Shown piece by piece: positions 57,115 to 64,000 of a stretch of 64,000 nt of DNA. The DNA lies in the NCBI GenBank assembly GCA_002269645.1, contig NIVC01002257.1, positions 1 through 64,000 on the forward strand. The letters run 5' to 3'. Position numbers and translations under genes: made by a program. Under the pieces are notes generated by a model. The model was not told the DNA's origin, did no database searches, and saw nothing but the letters and a program-made list of their open reading frames with translations. Each line of letters starts with the position of its first letter. The first letter of the stretch is position 1. The DNA comes from Macrostomum lignano. Its lineage: Eukaryota.

Positions 57115-57707
57115 ATGGCATGTGATGTTGCAACTGCCCCAGGCAATCCAGTGTTCTCTCCATTAACTTTGTTTGAGTGCACTGTGACTAATGCTCAGAT
57201 GCTTGTTGAATCTATGGCTGACAGGTGAGTAGTGTCTTTATTTGTTCAATCTGTGGAAGTGTATTGGCATTATTGCCATGCTGGGTTTTTCATCAGAATT
57301 GTGGTAGAATTTGGCATTCTAAAGCAGCAATGCCTAAAATCTTGATACAGAATTGAAACTTGGACCGATTAGGATTACAATATTAATAACAAGATTCTGC
57401 AATAGGAATCATGGTTAAGCTTTTTGTTTAAAAATACAGCCACCAATGGAACTTATTGCATCCAAGATGTTACAGATACAAGACTTAGTATTTTAGTAAT
57501 AGTAATCTAGATGAAGCGCGCCATGTTTGACCTTATAAAGAACTAGGAAAAACTAACGCTAGATTAACATTACAGGTAGACAGCCACATGAAAAGTAGAT
57601 AAGCAATGACAAAAACAGCACAATAACCATCTAAGCTACTTTGCTAGCTAGTCTTGTAATACACTAAGACTACAAACTGACGAACACTAAGGCTGGTGGA
57701 CAGACAG

Positions 57708-57751
<44 letters not shown>

Positions 57752-59040
57752 GGACAGGACAGGACAGGACAGGACAGGACAGAACAGGACAGGACAGGAC
57801 AGACAGACGAATGGCATGCAAGTTGCACATGCACATGCACATGCATTTATATTTGTATCCTTGATCTACTGTAATGGTTTTCTCGCAACCTGGTTTGAAA
57901 TGGTATAAAAGCAACTCAGGTGTCTCCAAAATTCATCTAATTAACTCATCGAAACCGCCAGGGAGCTGCTTCGCGCGCTAAAAATAGCCAACAGTCTGCA
58001 CACTCACATTGTCGGCATCATGGAGCCGCGCTACGATCGGGTCTGTCAGCGCAGCGACGAGCACGAGGCCTGCCCCCGGTCGGTCAAGTTGAATAATCGG
58101 CGCCGATTGTCTCCGCAATTGCCGTCAACTTCGTCGTCGTCGCTGGCGGCCGCTCAATTCGATCAGCTGATGCAGCCGGCGGTCAAACTGGCCAGACTGA
58201 AATGCGACAACGGCGATGATCAGTCAATGCCGGCGGTTGCCAAGGTGGAGGCGTCCTCCGTTAGCGATCCTCCGACGACTGAGGATGCCGACGCGGCCGA
58301 CAACGACGCCGCCGCCGCTGCCGACTATGGATTCGATGCGCCCGCGTCTGTCGATAACAACTTTCTAGATGACGATGACTGCCTTCTAATTGGCGAGGAT
58401 TCCACTAGCGAGGGCATTCTTGGAATGTCTACTTCTTCTAGCACGGCTGCTGGCGCCGGACTGTCTCGGCGACGTCAGCGCCGGTTGCCCCGGCGAAGCT
58501 CCACGGCAGCGGCGGCGGCGACTACTGCTACGATGGGTGACGAAGATCAGTTGCCAGACAGCGGCGTGAGCGGCGCCGGCTCCTCCGCCCATCAGCCGGA
58601 TGTGGGCGCGCTGTGCAAAAGCGCCATTCATTTGGCCTACAAAGAGATGAAAGGCGGCGGACCGCATCTGTTTGATTTCAGCATGCCGTGAGTTCATTTG
58701 AATTCGCCCCTCCCTCCTCCAGACCCAGCGCCCCTGGAAATCGGCGCCCCTCCCTCCTCCAAACCCAGCGCACCTGGGAATCGGCGCCCCTCCCTCCTCC
58801 AAACCCAGCGCACCTGGGAATCGGCGCCGCCCCTCCCTTTTCCAAACCCAGCGCCCCTGGGAATCGGCGCCGCCCCTCTCTCCTCCAAACCCAGCGCCCC
58901 TGGGAATCGGCGCCGCCCCTCCATCGACATACATGCGCAACCTTGGGAATCACCCGGCCGTTTCTATTGGCAACACACACATGTAAGTCGCTATTGGCTG
59001 AGAGCAGTCACGTGATTACTATTCTGTCCAATAGCGACTT

Positions 59041-59079
<39 letters not shown>

Positions 59080-62000
59080 GCCAATAGAAACGGCCGGGTG
59101 AATCCCTAGGTTGCGCCCAAGCATGATCCTCCAAATAGAACGCCCCTAGGAATCGGCGCCGCCCCTCCATCCTCCAAACCCAGCGCCCCTGGAAATCGGC
59201 GCCGCCCCTCCATCCTCCAAACCCAGCGCCCCTGGGAATTGGCGCTGCCCCTCTCTCCTCCAAACCCAGCGCCCCTGGGAATCGGCGCCGCCCCTCCCTC
59301 CTCCAAACCCAGCGCCCCTAGGAATCGGCGCCGCCTCCCCCCCCCCTTAGACAGCGCCCCTAGGAATCGGTGCCTATTGAAGACGCCGCGAAAGTATAAT
59401 GATCATTTGTGTAAAAATATACTTCCCAATATCACTAATACGTATTAGCTACATTGTTTTTTTGCAACAAGCAATTTTTATTTGATGCTACGAGAGGCCC
59501 AGGCTCGATTCCAAGTGCTGGGGCTAAATTGGAGTCTTGGTTTGGGTCTGCTCTGCTTGTGGGTCCAGCCCCCAAGGAGCAGTGAAGTTTGTTGCATGCC
59601 TAACGATAAGTTCAGGCCAGGGTGCACACAGCCCCTGTCTATAACAGAAAATAACAAACTGATTCTTTAAACTTTTTCAAAAAATTGCAGATTCAGCGAC
59701 CCGGTGAATTTCGCAACGGCTGAACAGGTGATCGCCAGGGCTATGCAACTGCAGCCGGGTTTGGAAGTGTCTACAGACTTCTGGTGGAGTGAGAATGCGC
59801 ATCTAACTGTTTTTATTGCTTTATTAATTGTGTATTTTCTGTATATTTAGCTGCTAGTCTCTCTGTCTCTCTCCTTGTGGTTTTTAAATAATTTATTTTC
59901 TGCCATGTTTGTCAACTTATATGATTAGTTGATAAAATCAATTGGCTAATTATGATATTTAATCATCTAATTAACGGCTAGACGTAAATAATACTGTATA
60001 TTCCTTATTAATAACTTGGCATTTTATAGGAAAAGTTTTCAGCTCCGCTGCAGTATGAGAGATGGAGAGAGTACAAAATTAATCGAAAATTAAGTTATTA
60101 AGTTGTCAATTAGCTCCACGTTGGGGTATAACTTGTGCGTTGGTAATTGCTAGTTAGAAATGTCAAATGCTCACTAGGAATTCATATATGAGCTGGTTGG
60201 TCAAGTGTTTGTGTGACATGCTCTGACACTAGAAACCCGACTAGATGGGGATCGGTACGAGTTCGGTTATGTAACTACAGAGGGATCAACCAATCAGCTG
60301 AGTCGGTTAAACCCGTTGAAAAACGTTACCGTGACAAGAATCGCTACGAGTCACTGCAAACAAGTCACTGGTGACTTTGGCGCGGCTCTTGTGATTTTTT
60401 AACGACGCAAACAACTGTGATGCGGCGGTAAGGCGACTCTGTGTCACGAGCGCATCACTTGACTTGCAGAATCATAAAAGACGAGTCGATAAAAAAGAGT
60501 CGTCCGAGAGTCGATTTAGCGTTTAATTGTGTGCTACCTGCAACGACTCTGGGGCAATGCAATTAACTCTGGGACGCTTCTAAGGTTTAATTTAGGATTT
60601 TAGGGTTAAATTAATAGTCAGACCCGATTGATAAATCAACAAAGGAATAGGATTTTAGTGTAAGGGGTGTAGTACTAGCCTTGCAATGAAAGTTTGCTGG
60701 GGACTCCAACCCTAGTCTCATCGTAAAGTTATTAAAATTGATTAGAGCTCAAATTAGTGTACTTTTTCAACGCGCTAAATTGCAATTTTTTCGCAGGCCA
60801 ACTGTGCCCAGTTGAACTCAACCGGTTAGCCCGATCAGAGAAGCTCTGGCGTCAGCGACTCCTAATGCGCCGATTGCGGTCCAAGGATAGCGTAGGTTGC
60901 CCTTTTTTTCAAGTCTCAGCAAGGAGAGAGAAACAGGGATTTCTATAGTTATTTTATTATCAGTGCTCGGTACTTCTTATTTTTTTATGTTACTTGTTAC
61001 AGAATGGCTTGGTCGGCAGTATTCTATGGACAAGTATAACAGTACCGCAAAATTTCGGATGCGCAGGCACAGATACATGTGCAGGGTACGGGGGGAATTT
61101 GAGTAGAGGGAAAGTTGATGGGATGTCTCCATGGTTTATAGATGCGATGATTGGGTGTCTTGCAAGTCAAGCACTTCTGAAGCTCCAATGACGGTACCTA
61201 ACAGTCCTGAAGCTCCAATGACAGGGTACCTAACAGTCCTGAAGCTCCAATGACAGGGTACCTAACAGTCCTAAAGCTCTAATGACAGGGTACCTAACAG
61301 TCCTGAAGCTCCAATGACAGAGTACCTAACAGTCCTGAAGCTCCAATGACAGGGTACCTAACAGTCCTGAAGCTCCAATGACAGGGTACCTAACAGTCCT
61401 GAAGCTCCAATGACAGGGTACCTAACAGTCCTGAAGCTCCAATGACAGGGTACCTAACAGTCCTGAAGCTCTAATGACAGGGTACCTAACAGTCCTGAAG
61501 CTCCAATGACAGGGTACCTAACAGTCCTGAAGCTCCAATGACAGGGTACCTAACAGTCCTGAAGCTCTAATGACAGGGTACCTAACAGTCCTGAAGCTCC
61601 AATGACAGGGTACCTAACAGTCCTGAAGCTCCAATGACAGGGTACCTAACAGTCCTGAAGCTCTAATGACAGGGTACCTAACAGTCCTGAAGCTCCAATG
61701 ACAGGGTACCTAACAGTCCTGAAGCTCCAATGACAGGGTACCCGACAGTCCTGAAGCTCTAATGACAGGGTACCCGACAGTCCTGAAGCTCTATTGACAG
61801 GGTACCTAACAGTCCTGAAGCATCAATGACAGGGTACCTAACAGTCCTGAAGCTCTAATGACAGGGTACCTAACAGTCCTGAAGCTCCAATGACAGGGTG
61901 CCCGACAGTCCTGAAGCTCCAATGATACAGGATGCCTGGCGACCTGGCTACCGACTGTCAATTGTTCCTCATTGCTGACCCTACCTGTATCTCGCATGCC

Positions 62001-62435
62001 CAGGTCTGCAGCCAACTCCTACCCACCCAACCCTCGCAGAAGCTGACCCGCAGGCAGAAAAGCTTCGAACTCATCGCCGGCCGTCTGAGCACCGAAGATT
62101 TCGACAAATTCCGCGTCATTTTATCCCGGGATTACACATCGTCAGATGAGGAATTTGAAGATTGTTCCGCATCGGCAGCTGCCACTGCATCGGCTGGGGC
62201 GCCGCTTCGCGTCCGCGAGTTGCCCTGGGAGTCGGCAGAGATGGCGGAGATGAAGCGGCAGCTGGACACGGCTTACCTGGATAGCTGCGCCACAGCTAAA
62301 CAGTCCGAACAGTTGCGCCGGGTTGCCCGCGGCACCGGCTGCCTGAGCGTCCGGCCGCCGCCAGCCGACTGTCCAGATTGGGCGATTCGACGCGAAACCG
62401 CTGATCCGGGCGACTTAGGCAACGCCGATTGTTAA
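57115..62435 (+). CDS. Uncharacterised protein, 470 aa; exons 57115-57224, 57962-58687, 59691-59788, 61003-61085, 62040-62435
   Basis: Five GT-AG exons join in phase (2,2,1,0) to 1413 nt; disordered acidic middle; C-terminal RKLTRR...YTSSDEE...VRELPWES...LD...RPPP..CPDWA region. Confidence 0.75.
57700..57810. repeat. (GACA)n/(GGACA)n compound microsatellite
   Basis: Seen directly in intron 1 of the uncharacterised gene. Confidence 0.96.
58700..59365. repeat. 40-43-bp minisatellite (CCTCCAAACCCAGCGCCCCTGGGAATCGGCGCCG...)n in intron 2, split by a hairpin element
   Basis: Period 40 at 58741 and 58781. Confidence 0.93.
58932..59125. mobile_element. Small hairpin (MITE-like) insertion containing (GT)n/(AC)n
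   Basis: TCACCCGGCCGTTTCTATTGGCAACAC pairs with GTGTTGCCAATAGAAACGGCCGGGTGA; inner GTAAGTCGCTATTGG pairs with CCAATAGCGACTTAC. Confidence 0.75.
61190..61925. repeat. 32-bp minisatellite (ACAGGGTACCTAACAGTCCTGAAGCTCYAATG)n in intron 4
   Basis: Period 32 (61381 and 61413). Confidence 0.98.
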
Positions 62436-62509
62436 TTTGTTGTGTGCTAATTAGATGATGAGGCTTTTTACTGATCTTTGAAATACTCGTACATTCATAG
62501 TTGCTCTCG

Positions 62510-62880
62510 CCCAATCTAGCTCAGCCAATGAGAGAGCAGTAAGGAGAGAGGACAAAGTCAGACGAACGAAACTCAGCCTAGGGGCAGGCTCAATCTAGCT
62601 CAGCCAATGAGAGAGCAGTAAGGAGAGAGGACAAAGTCAGACGAACGAAACTCAGCCTAGGGGCAGGCCCAATCTAGCTCAGCCAATGAGAGAGCAGTAA
62701 GGAGAGAGGTCAAAGTCAGACGAACGAAACTCAGCCTAGGGGCAGGCCCAATCTAGCTCAGCCAATGAGAGAGCAGTAAGGAGAGAGGTCAAAGTCAGAC
62801 TAACGAAACTCAGCCTAGGGGCAGGCCCAATCTAGCTCAGCCAATGAGAGAGCAGTAAGGAGAGAGGACAAAGTCAGACA
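62510..62880. repeat. 79-bp tandem repeat, ~4.6 copies
   Basis: GGGGCAGG starts at 62581, 62660 and 62739. Confidence 0.95.
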
Positions 62881-63244
62881 CAAGCTATGAAGAGTGAAGC
62901 CTAACTTGTTTATCGGCCTGGCTAGGGGCCTGGGTCGCCACCCCTTTTCTCTCTTGCTCGCTATGCACACGCACTGGATTTGGGTTCTAAAGTTTTGCCG
63001 CAATTTTCAATCTTGATATTTATTAGATGTTTTAAGTATTCTCTGACTGTTATTCAACGATTTCTTTGGGGAGCCTTTTTGTAAGTGTTATAATCGTTTT
63101 ATAACATTGGTTTATTGTTGTTTGCAAGTCACGAGTGCATGCTTTTTACTTTGCCTGCTAGCTTGTTCAAAATGTTTTTTTATTATTTTTGTTATGCTAA
63201 TTGCATTGTGTTTCTTTGTATTTTTTCGTTCCATTGTGAATCTC

Positions 63245-63705
63245 CAGTGATTTCGGAGATAGGGATTTCGGAGTGACAGTCTCTCTGGAGTGAGATTTCG
63301 GAGTTACAGTCTCTCTTGAGTGAGATGTCGGAGTGACAGTCTCTCTGGAGCGAGATGTCCGAGTAACAGTCTCTCTGGAGCGAGATGTCGGAGTGACAGT
63401 CTCTCTGGAGCGAGATGTCCGAGTAACAGTCTCTCTGGAGCGAGATGTCGGAGTGACAGTCTCTCTGGAGTGAGATGTCGGAGTGACAGTCTCTCAGGAG
63501 TTAGATGTCGGAGTGACAGTCTCTCTGGAGTGAGATGTCGGAGTGACAGTCTCTCTGGAGTGAGATGTCGGAGTGACAGTCTCTCTGGAGTGAGATGTCG
63601 GAGTGACAGTCTCTCTGGAGCGAGATGTCGGAGTAACAGTCTCTCTGGAGCGAGATGTCGGAGTGACAGTCTCTCTGGAGCGAGATATCGGAGTGACAGT
63701 CTCCA
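63245..63705. repeat. 30-bp minisatellite (GTCGGAGTGACAGTCTCTCTGGAGYGAGAT)n
   Basis: Columns align at period 30. Confidence 0.97.
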
Positions 63706-64000
63706 GAGTAAAATTTCAGATTGAGTATGGAGTGACATTAATTTACAAGGGGAATGATATTTAAGTAACTGCAATTCTGTTTAATAGAATTATTTTAATT
63801 ACAGCATCCGATACGGAGCCCGCATTTATTTTGGTGTCACATCTGTTCAAATCGTACCCTGTTGACCCCTGTATAATAATGTACTTTATTAATAATAAAG
63901 TACCCATAGTACTCCTGTTATTAACTGTTAGTTGTGCAGGCAGCTAGCAGTTATTGAAAACTCATATGACCTTACCGTATCGCTTTCCGTTTTTTTAAAG

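Noticed and set aside
59480-59640. Possible tRNA-derived SINE (GGCTCGATTCC B-box-like)
   Set aside because: No A box, tail or second copy in the window.
29806-63774. Repeat-derived ORFs at 29806-30426, 32113-32820, 35709-36050, 37825-38757, 58386-59448 and 63304-63774
   Set aside because: Same artefact of tandem arrays; no splice or homology support.

Overview
Eukaryotic, intron-containing animal DNA; no prokaryotic system or CRISPR locus is present. The gene spacing, apparent trans-splice acceptors and repeat-filled introns resemble a flatworm such as Macrostomum lignano (inference, not verified). The window has three compartments. (1) Bases 1-40 kb hold a 6-exon PTEN gene (+), a tRNA-Ser(GCT), and a head-to-tail minus-strand cluster TSR2 > mitochondrial SerRS (SARS2) > MED6 > orphan ORF > RFESD-like Rieske protein > NUP54 that looks like a trans-spliced operon. 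Almost every intron and intergenic gap there carries its own private minisatellite. (2) Bases 40-57 kb are an AT-rich transposon graveyard: a truncated Gypsy element with five tandem primer-binding-site-like units, a hAT-like element (8-bp TSD) containing a nested Chapaev element (4-bp TSD, RAG1/Transib-related transposase), a 1.7-kb near-perfect palindrome, and several MITEs. (3) Bases 57-64 kb hold a 5-exon gene of unknown function with repeat-filled introns. The best leads are the tandem PBS array, the intron-private minisatellite pattern, and an SARS2 that lacks an in-frame ATG, has a collapsed tRNA-binding arm and has an H>P change in motif 2. All exon, TSD and period coordinates were read by eye; array boundaries are approximate.
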